A stretch of DNA of 64,000 bases from an uncultured delta proteobacterium (GCA_963789395.1 CAWBKP010000019.1:128001-192000), one strand, 5' to 3'; shown: positions 45,093-56,017, numbered from the stretch's first letter. Translations and numbers: made by a program. The notes: generated by a model from the sequence alone, not told the origin.

Positions 45093-47390
45093 TTAAATTT
45101 TTCCGTCCCTTACAATAACGTTTCTGGCAACGAGCGCATCTCGAATCTGATCCGCCAGTGCCCAGTTTTTCTCATGCCTGGCCCGGTTTCTCTTTTCGAT
45201 CAGATCCTGAATGTCCTGAGGCACCGTCTCTTTGCTGGTTTGCAGTATATGAAGCACTCCGTCGATCTGCCGAATGGCGGCAAGAATTTTTAAAGCGTCT
45301 TCCGCGTCAAGGGCTTTTTGCTGAATCAGGCGGTTGATCTGCTTGATGCGGGTAAAAAGCGATGCCAGTGCGGCGGAAATATTCAAATCATCATCCATGG
45401 CTGCGATAAAACCGTTCCGGATATCATAGACGAGCTGATCGATTTCCGCATATGAATCGCATTGCAACTTCGAACCGATGACGTGGTCCAGATTTTCCAT
45501 AAATGTATCAAGCCGGTTCAGCGCTTTCCGGGCCGAATCCAGCCGGCTCCTGGAAAATGTCAACGGCTTGCGATAATGGCCGGAAAGCAGCCAGTAGCGG
45601 ACGACCCGACCCGAATAGCCCATTGCCGCCAGGCTTTCCAGGGTAATCCGGTCTTTTTTCTCGTCCACTTTTTTCCCGTCAATAAGCACCCGGTCGCAGT
45701 GAATCCAGAACCGGGCAAGGGGTTTTCCATGTAATGCCGCGGCAATGGCGATTTCATTCTCGTGGTGCGGAAACATCAATTCCCGCCCGCTGGTGTGGAT
45801 GTCAAAAGACGGCCCCAGATACTTCATGGACATCGCCGCGCATTGCAAATGCCATGACGGTCGGACATTTCCCCAGGGGGTCTTGCTGTAGATTCCCCGT
45901 TTCAGCTCGGAAAGACGGGATCTTTTCAGCAGGGTAAAATCCCGGGGATTGTCTTTTTCATAGTCATCCAGATCCACGGTTGCGCCAATGCGGATTTTGT
46001 TCAGGTCAATCCCGGAGAGCATGCCATAATCGGACAGCCGGGAAATATCAAAATACAGCGAATGGAGTTTTTCATAGGCGAATCCCTTGCGGGCCAGTTG
46101 TTCGGAAAGATCCACCATATCCTGAATATGCTCGCTGGCTTTCGGATAGCTGGTTGCGGGCTTGATCCCCAGTTCGTCGATATCCCGGTAAAACAGATCG
46201 ATGTATTGCTGCGTAAAATCAGACAGACTCGTACCCGCTGCTTCAGAGCCTTCAATGGTTTTATCATCCAGATCGGTAATATTCATGATGTGGGTAACAT
46301 CAAACCCCCTGAAATCCAGGTAGCGACTGAGCAGATCCGAAAACACAAACCGCCGGCAGTCACCGGTATGCATCCGGGCATGGGCCGTGGGACCGCAGGA
46401 ATACATCGAAACCTTGCCAGGGACCAGGGATTGAAAGGGTTCTTTTCGGCGAGTGAGCGTATTGAAGAGATACATTTCAATTTTTTCGCGAACTGCAAAA
46501 AGCGATGTGCTGAGATAGCGCTCGCCGGAATCCGGAAAAATCACCACAATTACCCCTTCGCTAAGCGATTCAGCCTCTTTTGCGGCAATGGCCATGGCGG
46601 CGCCGCTGCTCATTCCGACAAAAAGCCCCTCATCTCTGGCAAGCCGTCGCGTCATTTCAAAGGCTTCCTCATCGTCGATGTTGACCTTTTTGTCCAGTCG
46701 GCCTTTATCATAAATTTCGGGCTGATAGGCCTCCTTCATGTTTTTAAGTCCCTGGATTTTATGCCCGAGATACGGTTCAACGCCGATAATACGAATCCGG
46801 GAATTGAATTCTTTCAGCCTTCTGGACATGCCCATCAACGTTCCGGATGTACCCATGGTGGCCACCAGGTGGGTGATCTGGCCTTGCGTCTGCTCCCAGA
46901 CCTCAACCGCGGTGCCATGGTAATGAGCCTGCCAGTTGGCCGGGTTGTTGTACTGGTCGGCCATGAAATACGTTTGCGGGTTTTCCCTGGCCAGGCGGTA
47001 TACTTCCTCGATTGCCCCGTCGGTTCCCAGATGTCCCGGAGTGAGCATGATTTCAGCGCCTCTGGCTCTCAGTATCTTCTGGCGTTCCATGCTGACGGCC
47101 TCGGACATGGTCAGCAACAGTTTGTATCCTTTAACCGAACAGACCAGAGCCAGTCCAATGCCGGTGTTCCCGCTGGTTGCCTCAACCACGGTATTTCCGG
47201 GCTTGAGTTTGCCGGATTTTTCGCCGGCTTCGATCATACTCAGGGCAGGCCTGTCCTTGATGGATCCGCCGGGATTGAAATACTCCAGCTTGGCAAAAAT
47301 CCGGACAGCCGGATTGGGATTTAACTGCCTGATTTCAACCAGAGGCGTATTGCCGATAGTGTCCAGTATGGAAGCGTACTTCATATGCAT
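45093..47390 (-). CDS. cysS: Fusion of PLP-dependent cysteine synthase (N-term) and cysteinyl-tRNA synthetase (C-term)
   Basis: IGNTPLV, NPGGSIKDR, ATSGNTG, DSGERYLS, then in frame YLFNTLTR, YSCGPT, NITDLDDK, RPSWHLQC, FPHHENE, DDLN, ADQIRDAL. Confidence 0.95.
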   Translation of the reverse strand: MHMKYASILDTIGNTPLVEIRQLNPNPAVRIFAKLEYFNPGGSIKDRPALSMIEAGEKSGKLKPGNTVVEATSGNTGIGLALVCSVKGYKLLLTMSEAVSMERQKILRARGAEIMLTPGHLGTDGAIEEVYRLARENPQTYFMADQYNNPANWQAHYHGTAVEVWEQTQGQITHLVATMGTSGTLMGMSRRLKEFNSRIRIIGVEPYLGHKIQGLKNMKEAYQPEIYDKGRLDKKVNIDDEEAFEMTRRLARDEGLFVGMSSGAAMAIAAKEAESLSEGVIVVIFPDSGERYLSTSLFAVREKIEMYLFNTLTRRKEPFQSLVPGKVSMYSCGPTAHARMHTGDCRRFVFSDLLSRYLDFRGFDVTHIMNITDLDDKTIEGSEAAGTSLSDFTQQYIDLFYRDIDELGIKPATSYPKASEHIQDMVDLSEQLARKGFAYEKLHSLYFDISRLSDYGMLSGIDLNKIRIGATVDLDDYEKDNPRDFTLLKRSRLSELKRGIYSKTPWGNVRPSWHLQCAAMSMKYLGPSFDIHTSGRELMFPHHENEIAIAAALHGKPLARFWIHCDRVLIDGKKVDEKKDRITLESLAAMGYSGRVVRYWLLSGHYRKPLTFSRSRLDSARKALNRLDTFMENLDHVIGSKLQCDSYAEIDQLVYDIRNGFIAAMDDDLNISAALASLFTRIKQINRLIQQKALDAEDALKILAAIRQIDGVLHILQTSKETVPQDIQDLIEKRNRARHEKNWALADQIRDALVARNVIVRDGKI

Positions 47391-47392
47391 TT

Positions 47393-48056
47393 TCAGACAT
47401 CCTGTGCGGATTGATTCATGAATAGCCGGATTTCAAATTCCAAAACCCGTAAAATCTGGGCCTGAACCTGATCCATCGCTTTGAGATGCATCGATAATCC
47501 GGAATCTCTCGGGTTCTTTCTCGGCAATTGCCAGGTAACCGGCTCTGACCCGTTCATGAAACGCAAGGGTTTCGTTTTCAAACCGGGATTCGGTATTGGT
47601 TCGGGATCCGGACGTTAGCTGCTTCCATGCCCGCGGAAGTCCCATATCGGGCGGCAGATCCAGAAGAAAAGTCAGATCGGGTTTTAAATTCCGGCAAATC
47701 AGTTTGTGCAGATCCAGGATCAATGTCATGTCCAGACCCCTTGCAACTCCCTGATAGGCAAGGGTCGCATCAAAATACCGGTCGCAGATGACAATATTGC
47801 CGTCTGCGATCATGGGAAGGATGATTTCCTGAATATGCTGAATCCGATCCGCGGTATAAAGTAGCAGTTCTGCCGCAGGATTCATGGCCGAGCTTTCAGG
47901 GTCCAGTAAAATGGACCGGATTTTTCCGCCAATCCGTGTTCCCCCGGGCTCTCGCGTCATGATGCACTTGAGGCCCGCTTTGTTCAGAAAATTAAATATA
48001 TGAAGAATCTGCGTTGATTTGCCCGATCCTTCAATGCCTTCAAGTGTAATAAACAT
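47393..48056 (-). CDS. tmk: Thymidylate kinase, C-terminal frameshift near 47478
   Basis: FITLEGIEGSGKST, TREPGG, CDRY, AYQG; tail DQVQAQILRVLE in another frame. Confidence 0.94.
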
Positions 48057-48107
48057 ATCGCTCGTCGTTGGGGTTAATGACAGGTCGCATTGAATCAGAT
48101 ACCGTTA

Positions 48108-49061
48108 TCAGTCTTTTTTCCCCATGTAAAAATGCCGATCCAGCAGCTTGTGATAGGATGTCCAGGCCGCATTGGGGTCTTCGGAAGCCATGAACTCGCG
48201 AATTCCCTTTACTTTGGAATCGATTTCATCAATATGATTCAGCAGAACCGCTTCAATGGTTTTGGGCATCTCCGGAGAGCCGAATTCCCGGACGCCATGA
48301 TGGCTGACGACAAGGTGTTTTAAAAGAACAGCCTGCTCTTCGGGGAAATCCGTGATCAGCTTCATTTTTTCATCGATGATTTGAATGCCGATCACGATAT
48401 GGCTGAGGAGTCTGCCTTCACTGGTATAATCGATATGGGAGCTGAATTCAAATTCCCGGATTTTGCCGATATCATGAAGAATGGCGCCGGCCAGCAGCAG
48501 ATCCCGATCAACGCCGGTGTAATGGCCGGCTAGTTTGTCGACGAGAATCGCCATGGACAGGGTATGCTCCAGCAATCCGCCGATATAGGCATGATGCATT
48601 TTTTTAGCAGCCGGCGCGGTTTTGAAAAGGCGAACCAGATCGGCATCCGCCCAGAACTGCCTGAACAGGTCATGAAGACAAGGCGTTTTGAGCGTGTCTG
48701 TGATCTGGCAGAGCTTTGCAAACATGGCGTCGATGTTGCGGGTGGTCACCGGCAAAAAATCGGCGGGTTCAACGTGTTCAGCGGCGGATCGGGTTGCAGT
48801 CCGGACAACCAGTTGAAGCATTCCCCGATACTCTGAAACGCTGCCCTTGACCTGAACATAATCACCGGCGGAAATTTGCTCGACTGTTGCCTCGACATTG
48901 TCCCAGAGAACGCCCTTGAGGGTGCCGGTTCTGTCCATGAAGGAAAGGTTCAGATAGTTTTTCCCATCTTTTTTCTGCGCCAGATTTTTTTCAGACAGCA
49001 CAAAAACATCGTCCACGGTTTCACCGGGTTTCAGAGAACTGACAAACTGTTGCTTGGGCAT
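48108..49061 (-). CDS. yhaM: OB-fold + HD 3'-5' exonuclease YhaM/CBF1 family
   Basis: DRTGTL OB-fold, PAAKKMHHAYIGGLLEHT, LHDIGK, SHHG. Confidence 0.9.
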   Translation of the reverse strand: MPKQQFVSSLKPGETVDDVFVLSEKNLAQKKDGKNYLNLSFMDRTGTLKGVLWDNVEATVEQISAGDYVQVKGSVSEYRGMLQLVVRTATRSAAEHVEPADFLPVTTRNIDAMFAKLCQITDTLKTPCLHDLFRQFWADADLVRLFKTAPAAKKMHHAYIGGLLEHTLSMAILVDKLAGHYTGVDRDLLLAGAILHDIGKIREFEFSSHIDYTSEGRLLSHIVIGIQIIDEKMKLITDFPEEQAVLLKHLVVSHHGVREFGSPEMPKTIEAVLLNHIDEIDSKVKGIREFMASEDPNAAWTSYHKLLDRHFYMGKKD

Positions 49062-49094
49062 TTAAATTACCTTAAAGACTGAATAGTAAGCATT

Positions 49095-49910
49095 TCATGG
49101 TTGATGTGTCCCCGATTGCCGCTCCCGGAAAGCCGTCGGTGAATCACTTTCAGGCAAGGCGATATTCCAGGATTTCAAGTCGTTCATGACTTCATAATCG
49201 GTCATGTCGCAGCGCATGGGGGTTATCGAGATGGATTCATGGCTGAGCACGTAGCCATCCATGTCGCTGCCCCTGAAATCCGCCGGAGACTCCAGCTCCT
49301 GCCAGTAATATGTCCGATTCCGGGGATCCACCCTTTTTTCAAACCCTTCCCGTGAAACGGAAATACCCTGGCTGCTGATGGAAATGCCGCGAACGGTTTT
49401 TAAGGGGATATTCGGAAGATTGACGTTAAGAAACACGCCGCCGGGAAGTCCGTTTTTCATGACCACTTCGGCAAGTTCTTCCATGAATGCGGCGGCTTCT
49501 TCAAGAAAAGCCGGTTGGGAACTGTTGATGGAAACTGCCATGGATGCCAGCCCCAGCAGAGCTGCTTCGCGCGCTGCCGCAACTGTTCCAGAATAATGGG
49601 CGTTAATGCCGACATTGGCGCCGGGGTTGATTCCGGAAATTACCAAGTCCGGACGGGTTTCAAGGATTTCCATAATGCTGAGTTTGATGCAGTCTGCGGG
49701 GGTTCCGTTAACCGCATATCCCCTGCCTTCCCCATTGACGCGGATGTGTGTGGCGCGAAGCGGTTCATGTAGGGTGATTCCATGACCCACTGCGCTGCGT
49801 TCCCTATCCGGCGCCACCACAGTCACGGTGTGAGTAAATGAGAAACGGCGATGCAGCGCCCAAATTCCCGGAGCGTAAATACCATCATCATTGGTTAATA
49901 AAATATTCAT
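49095..49910 (-). CDS. surE: 5'/3'-nucleotidase SurE
   Basis: ILLTNDDG, GTPADC, SGINPGAN, YSGTVAAA. Confidence 0.97.
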   Translation of the reverse strand: MNILLTNDDGIYAPGIWALHRRFSFTHTVTVVAPDRERSAVGHGITLHEPLRATHIRVNGEGRGYAVNGTPADCIKLSIMEILETRPDLVISGINPGANVGINAHYSGTVAAAREAALLGLASMAVSINSSQPAFLEEAAAFMEELAEVVMKNGLPGGVFLNVNLPNIPLKTVRGISISSQGISVSREGFEKRVDPRNRTYYWQELESPADFRGSDMDGYVLSHESISITPMRCDMTDYEVMNDLKSWNIALPESDSPTAFRERQSGTHQP

Positions 49911-50049
49911 CTTCTTGCTCTTATACCAAATTCACGATTTTTTAAAGCAGGTATTTTCTGAACAAGATCTTGACATTTTGGTTCAACTTCGATTGTATAA
50001 GCACCATGTATATCCATTATCTCCAATCGCTATTCTATCGGGTCAGGCA

Positions 50050-52333
50050 GTGCGTCTGAACCGGTTTTACTTCTATTTGGCAATTCTCTGCTGTCTGTTG
50101 ATAGCAGTTTGTGCCCATGCATTTCCAAATATCTCGGCAGGCCAGGATTCTGCCGACACGCCCTGGCATATTATGGCGGATGAAATCTCCCATGATCAAC
50201 AAACCGACCAATACATCGCCAGCGGGCATGTAACGATCAGCAAAGAAGCCCGGCGACTGTCCGCGGACTTTGTCCGTTTTGATCACAGGACCATGATGGC
50301 CTATGCCAGAGGCCATGTCATGATGACGGCAGGCGATGATGTATTGACTGGCTCAAGCATTGAAATGAATCTGGCTTCCGAGACCGGAACATTATACGAA
50401 GGCACGATTTTTATCAAAGAAAATCATTTTTTTGTCAGGGGGGACAAACTTCAAAAAACCGGAGATAAGACTTATTCCGCCGAAACTGCCAGCGTATCTT
50501 CCTGTGATGGAGACGTGCCGGACTGGAAAATTTCGGGAAAAAACTTGACGGTCACTATAGAAGGCTATGGCACGGTACATCATGCCTCGTTGTGGGTGAA
50601 AGAAGTGCCGGTTTTGTATTCTCCTTATTTGTTTTTCCCGGCAAAAACCCAACGTCAGTCCGGTCTTCTTAGTCCCCGCAACCGGTTATTCAGAAAAAAA
50701 CGGTGTTGAATTCAGCCAGCCATTTTACTGGGCTATCAATGACCAGTCCGATGCCACGTTTTTTTTGACGTATTTAGCCAATCGCGGCGAAAAAACCGGT
50801 ATGGAATACCGCTATGTTATAGATGCCGGAACAAAGGGAATGGCGATGGCGGATTATTTGCACGACCGGCAGGTGGATGACGGAACCGGGACCTGGGGAT
50901 ATTACGATGACAATACCCTGCGCACCAATACGGACCGCTACTGGTTCAGGATGAAGCACAATCAGGCGTTTTCTTCCGGATATAATGCCATGCTGGATTT
51001 GGATGTAGTCAGCGATCAGGACTATCTTCGAGATTTTCGGGATATGTATATGGGGTACGAAGACGCCAATTTGAATTTTTTTAGACATTTCGGAAGAGAT
51101 CTGGACGATTATAATGATCCGATCCGGACCAATCAGCTGAATGTCAACAAATACTGGTCAGGCTATGCGCTGAACACCCAAGTCCGCTGGTACGATAATG
51201 TCATTGCCCGTAACTGGGGAGACCCTGATGAATCCCTTCAGAGACTTCCGTATGCGCAATTCTACGGCTCCAAGAAATACCTGTTTCAAACGCCTTTTTT
51301 TGCAGATTTTGATACGGAAGTCGCCAATTTTTACAGAAAGGACGGAACAAAGGGACAGCGGGCTGATATCTACCCCACGTTGTCTTATCCCTGGCGGTAT
51401 CAGCAGTATTTCACCCTCGAGCCAACCATCGGCATACGTGAAACCCTCTGGTATTCCGAAAACAATGAGAATGTTCCGGGTGACGCCCGATCCGCGCAGA
51501 ATCGTAACATGTATGACGTCGGCGTGAACCTCTCCAGTGAACTATTCAAAGTTTTTCAGGTCAATGGAGACAGCGTTGACCGGATAAAACATTCCTTTAT
51601 GCCGCAGATCAGCTACCGTTTCATTCCAGAAACCAGCCAGATTCTCTATCCCTATTTTAATCAACTGGACCGGATCCCGGAGCAGAATCTGGTAACAGCA
51701 TCGCTGACCAACACATTTACATCCAAGCTAAAACCCCCCGAAGACATGCCGGAAAGAGATCCCGGAATTCCGCCGCCTTATGCCTACCGAGAATTTCTGC
51801 GGTTTATGATCGAACAGAGCTATGACATGAATCGCCCGGAGTTGAATGAGAATAAACCCTTATTGCCCTTATACGGGGAAATGCAGCTTGAGCCCTACCG
51901 GTTTTTGACGCTTCAGGCGGACGCCGAATGGTCTCATGTTGACAGCGATTTCAAAACCCGGAATATTGGTGCATTGATATCGGATTTGCGAGGGGACCGC
52001 ATTTTTGTCGAGTATCGGTATGAAACGCATGACAACGAATCCGTTTATACCGATTTGCTGGTATCCTTGACAGAACGCCTGAAGGCCTATACGTCTTACG
52101 AGCAGAACATTATGGACAGCCAGATGATTCAGTCCGGGGTGGGGATGCGATACCAGTCCCAATGCTGGTCTGTTGATCTTCGATATCTTGATGAAGTGGA
52201 TGACCAGAAATACATTTTTCTCATCAACCTCTCGGGCCTTGGTGGATTTGGTAGCGGTTCCCGAAGCATGAATGACATAGCCGGCCGCTATACGGCCTTT
52301 GATGCGCCTTATCAGGTAATCCGGGCGCAATGA
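50050..52333 (+). CDS. lptD: LPS assembly protein LptD, frameshift near 50678
   Basis: Signal peptide, OstA-like beta-jellyroll (IMADEI, ASGHV), RQSGLL, then GYSEKNGVEFSQPFYWAI in another frame; barrel with SDQDYLRDF and YQSQCWSV. Confidence 0.88.
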
Positions 52334-52424
52334 AGTTGATAGCTAAAAAGGGAAACCGCCAAGAGCCTGGAGGAAAAAACCGGGACCCTGCCGGTAATGC
52401 CTTTAAACTGAAATTCAGCGGAGT

Positions 52425-53426
52425 ATGTGCATGGTGATTGTCAAAACCCCCCTTCGGCTCAGTTTTGTCGGGGGTGGATCGGATATCAGGGATTACTATC
52501 AGCAGAAAACCGGAATGGTGGTCTGCACGGCAATCGATAAATTTGTCTACGCCATCGTCAAGGAGCGTTTCGACGAATTGATTTACATCAACTATTCGAA
52601 AAAAGAATGCGTTGAGAGAGTGTCGGATATTCGCCATGACCTGGTTCGGGAAGCCATGAAGCTTACCGGCGTGACGCGCGGCATTGAAATCACCACCCTT
52701 GCGGACATTCCTTCAACCGGATCAGGTTTGGGAAGTTCCAGCGCAATAACCGTAGCCCTCCTTCATGCGTTTTATGCGTATCGAAATGTTCTGGTTACCG
52801 CCGAACGTCTGGCCAGGGAGTCCTGCCAGATTGAAATTGACATTCTCGGTAAACCTATCGGCAGGCAGGACCAGTATGCCGCAGCCTATGGGGGGGTGAA
52901 TAAATTCATTTTTCATTCAGATGACACAACGGAAAGAGTGCCAGTTACGATTCGTAGAGCGGATCAGCGAAAATTCGCATCTTCCCTGCTGCTGTATTAT
53001 ACCGGCATTACCCGCAGTGCGGATGCGATTTTATCCCAGCAGAAAGCCAATTTCGTTCTTCCGGATAAGCGACGTACCATGGATGAAATGGTTGCCCTCG
53101 TGGATCCGTTTGCCGAGGCCATGGAAAAAGCCGATATTCATGACTGCAGCCGGTTGCTGGCAAGGAACTGGGAACTGAAGCAGAATATGGCGGCCGGTAT
53201 TTCGACCCCTGCCATCCAGGCCATGTATGAAACGGCATTGTCAGCGGGCGCTCTGGCGGGAAAAGTCGCCGGGGCGGGCGGCGGCGGGTTTCTGTTGCTG
53301 GTTGTTCCCAGAGAACGTCAGAACCAGGTATTTGAAGCCATGAAGGCATACCGGGAACTGCCGTTCATGATTGAAGAAAGCGGCAGCAAAGTCATTTTTG
53401 ACGACACGTCATACTCCAGCAAATAA
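52425..53426 (+). CDS. hddA: GHMP sugar kinase, heptose-7-phosphate kinase-like
   Basis: TPLRLSFVGGGSD, GSGLGSSS, GRQDQY, GAGGGGF. Confidence 0.82.
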   Translation: MCMVIVKTPLRLSFVGGGSDIRDYYQQKTGMVVCTAIDKFVYAIVKERFDELIYINYSKKECVERVSDIRHDLVREAMKLTGVTRGIEITTLADIPSTGSGLGSSSAITVALLHAFYAYRNVLVTAERLARESCQIEIDILGKPIGRQDQYAAAYGGVNKFIFHSDDTTERVPVTIRRADQRKFASSLLLYYTGITRSADAILSQQKANFVLPDKRRTMDEMVALVDPFAEAMEKADIHDCSRLLARNWELKQNMAAGISTPAIQAMYETALSAGALAGKVAGAGGGGFLLLVVPRERQNQVFEAMKAYRELPFMIEESGSKVIFDDTSYSSK

Positions 53427-53504
53427 TACGGCACGGGTCGAATATGCATCGCGGCTTTTTCGGATCAGGAGCTTAGGCGGAAGATAGAAAGATAAAGAGA
53501 TATT

Positions 53505-54623
53505 ATGAATGTCCTTATCACCGGCGGGGCCGGTTTCATCGGATCGCACACGGCTGACGCCCTGATCGCCAGAGGCCATCGGGTGCGGATACTGGATAAC
53601 CTTCAGCCGACGGTTCACCCGAAGGGAAAGCCCGGTTATCTTCATCCGGAGGCTGAATTTATCCAGGGGGACGTCTGTGACAGAAAGACCCTTTTACATG
53701 CGCTGGAAGATGTCCATGCCATCTATCATTTTGCAGCCTACCAGGATTATCTCCCGGATTTTTCGACGTTTTTCAGGGTCAATGCCGTCTCCACCGCGCT
53801 GATGTATGAGCTTCTGGTTGAAACCGGAATGCACTCTCGCATTCAGAAGGTGATTGTGGCTGCAAGCCAGGCCGTGATGGGAGAAGGTCGATACCGGTGT
53901 CCCTCCTGCCTGACCGATGTGTTTCCCAGTATTCGCCTGGACGGGCAGTTGTCTCAGGGAAAGTGGGACCACCTGTGCCCGGAATGCAGCCGGCCGCTGG
54001 CGTGGATGCCTTCGGATGAATCCGTGATTCATCCATGTAACCCGTATGCGATTTCAAAAAATTCACAGGAACAGATCGCCATCCATCTGGGGTCTCGCTA
54101 CGAAATTCCATCGGTTGTGATGCGCTATTCCATTGTTCAGGGACCGCGCCAGTCTTTTTACAATGCATATTCCGGCGCCATGAGAATATTTTCCCTCAGC
54201 CTGATGATGGGCAAACAGCCGATTATTTTTGAAGACGGCATGCAGGTCCGGGATTTTGTCAATATCCGGGATGTGGTTGCGGCAAATCTTCTGGTGCTTG
54301 AAAGCAGCCGGGCCGATTACCAGGTGTTTAATGTCGGCGGCAATCAGGCCTGGACGGTTCTGGATTTTTACAATACCATGCAGCGCATTGTGAATCGGGA
54401 GTGTTCCCCGGTTTTATCCGGATACTACCGCTATGGAGATACCCGCCATATTTTCTCAGACACGCAAAAACTCCAGGCTTTGGGATGGAAACCTGTTCAT
54501 CAGGTTGAAGACAGCATTCGTGATTACTGGGCGTATCTTCTGCTGCAGGACAATAAGGGGGATATCCTGGAGTATGCTGAAAAGCACATGAAGCACCTGC
54601 AGGTTATCCGCAAGGCGATGTAA
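53505..54623 (+). CDS. NAD-dependent epimerase/dehydratase with CxxC...CxxC insertion
   Basis: TGGAGFIG, YAISK, RDFV; CPSC and CPEC. Confidence 0.92.
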   Translation: MNVLITGGAGFIGSHTADALIARGHRVRILDNLQPTVHPKGKPGYLHPEAEFIQGDVCDRKTLLHALEDVHAIYHFAAYQDYLPDFSTFFRVNAVSTALMYELLVETGMHSRIQKVIVAASQAVMGEGRYRCPSCLTDVFPSIRLDGQLSQGKWDHLCPECSRPLAWMPSDESVIHPCNPYAISKNSQEQIAIHLGSRYEIPSVVMRYSIVQGPRQSFYNAYSGAMRIFSLSLMMGKQPIIFEDGMQVRDFVNIRDVVAANLLVLESSRADYQVFNVGGNQAWTVLDFYNTMQRIVNRECSPVLSGYYRYGDTRHIFSDTQKLQALGWKPVHQVEDSIRDYWAYLLLQDNKGDILEYAEKHMKHLQVIRKAM

Positions 54624-54633
54624 GGGATTTGGG

Positions 54634-55353
54634 ATGAAAGCGTTTCTTCTGGCCGCAGGAAAAGGAACCCGGCTCAAACCCTATACGGATGCAATCCCCA
54701 AATGCCTGATTCCCATTCACGGGAAACCGCTCCTGGAGATTTGGCTGGATCACCTGCGTGAGCAAGATGTTCAGCACGTGCTGATCAACACCCATCATCA
54801 TGCGCATCTGGTGGAGGCCTTTGTTCGAAGCTATCCCCATCGCCGCGACATGCATATCGTTCTCAGCAATGAACCGGAACTTCTGGGAAGTGCGGGAACA
54901 ATCCGGCATCGCAGGGATTTTGTTGACAGCGAAGATGATTTTATGATCTTCTATGCGGACAATCTGACCAACGTTAATCTGAAACGGTTTGCTGCGTTTC
55001 ATCGGCGTTGCCGGGAAAAAAACGGAATTCTGACGATGGGACTGTTCCATTCGCCGAATCCCAGGGCTTGCGGTATTGCCGAACTGGACTCGGATCAGAA
55101 GATTGTGGCGTTTTGTGAAAAACCGGAGACACCGCAAAGCAACCTGGCAAATGCCGGCATTTACATGGCGTCACAGGAAATTTTCGCGCATTTTCCAAAA
55201 ACGCCGCCAATATCCGGATCTATTCTGGATATGGGTCACCATATTCTGCCGCTTCTGGCCGGAAGGATGTATGGATATCCGATTGCCGAATATTTGCGGG
55301 ACATAGGAACCATCGAATCCTATCAGCAGGCGTTGACGGAATGGCCGCGTTAA
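54634..55353 (+). CDS. Sugar-phosphate nucleotidyltransferase (HddC / mannose-1-P guanylyltransferase-like)
   Basis: LAAGKGTRLKPYT...PKCL, LGSAG, EKP, DIGT. Confidence 0.88.
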   Translation: MKAFLLAAGKGTRLKPYTDAIPKCLIPIHGKPLLEIWLDHLREQDVQHVLINTHHHAHLVEAFVRSYPHRRDMHIVLSNEPELLGSAGTIRHRRDFVDSEDDFMIFYADNLTNVNLKRFAAFHRRCREKNGILTMGLFHSPNPRACGIAELDSDQKIVAFCEKPETPQSNLANAGIYMASQEIFAHFPKTPPISGSILDMGHHILPLLAGRMYGYPIAEYLRDIGTIESYQQALTEWPR

Positions 55354-55426
55354 CGAAGTTGGTGGAATGAAAAAGTCGGTGACGCGATATGAAAAATGAC
55401 ATGGTTTCGATAATGGAAACACCAAT

Positions 55427-56017
55427 ATGCTGAGTATCGGTAGTTTTGCAGCCAATTACCTTTCCGGAATAAAATCCCTGCTTGAGATTTTTGATATCCA
55501 CAGCTTTCAGCGGATTGTTGACGCCATACTGGAAGCATACGATACGGAAAAACGTATTTTTGTGATGGGAAATGGCGGAAGCGGGGCAACCGCATCGCAT
55601 TTTACCTGTGACATCAACAAAGGCTGCTGTTTGGACCTGAACAAGAAATTCAAGATGATCTGCCTGAATGACAGCTTGCCCACCCTGCTTGCCCTTGCCA
55701 ACGATGTATCCTACGATGCGGTATTTGTCGAACAGATGAAGAATTTTTATCTTCCAGGCGATCTGGTGATCGGGATATCGGGAAGCGGCAATTCCCCCAA
55801 TGTCCTTCGGGCCATTGAATATGCCAGGGCACACCAGGGGACGACCATCGGTCTTTCAGGCTTCTCAGGCGGCCAACTGGCATCCCTTGTGGATATCGCC
55901 TGGGTTGCGCCGGTGGATGACATGCAGAAAATTGAGGATATGCACATGATTGTGGTTCATATGGTCATGCAGGCGGTTCGAAACCAGCTGCACCCGCTAG
56001 AGGCTGTCCAGAAATGA
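55427..56017 (+). CDS. gmhA: Phosphoheptose isomerase (SIS domain)
   Basis: GNGGSGATASH, ALAND, ISGSGNSPNV, QKIEDMH. Confidence 0.88.
   Translation: MLSIGSFAANYLSGIKSLLEIFDIHSFQRIVDAILEAYDTEKRIFVMGNGGSGATASHFTCDINKGCCLDLNKKFKMICLNDSLPTLLALANDVSYDAVFVEQMKNFYLPGDLVIGISGSGNSPNVLRAIEYARAHQGTTIGLSGFSGGQLASLVDIAWVAPVDDMQKIEDMHMIVVHMVMQAVRNQLHPLEAVQK

Noticed and set aside
46062..47324. 420-aa plus-strand ORF
   Set aside because: Antisense shadow of the cysK-cysS fusion, with no recognisable motifs
50050..52333. lptD, holB, tmk and others as true pseudogenes or programmed frameshifts
   Set aside because: Normally essential, sequence otherwise undegraded, and no consistent slippery motif; sequencing error is more parsimonious
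52345..52405. c-di-GMP-I riboswitch before hddA
   Set aside because: Has a small ACCGG/CCGGT hairpin but lacks the GNRA-capped P2 and the GCAAA junction of the family
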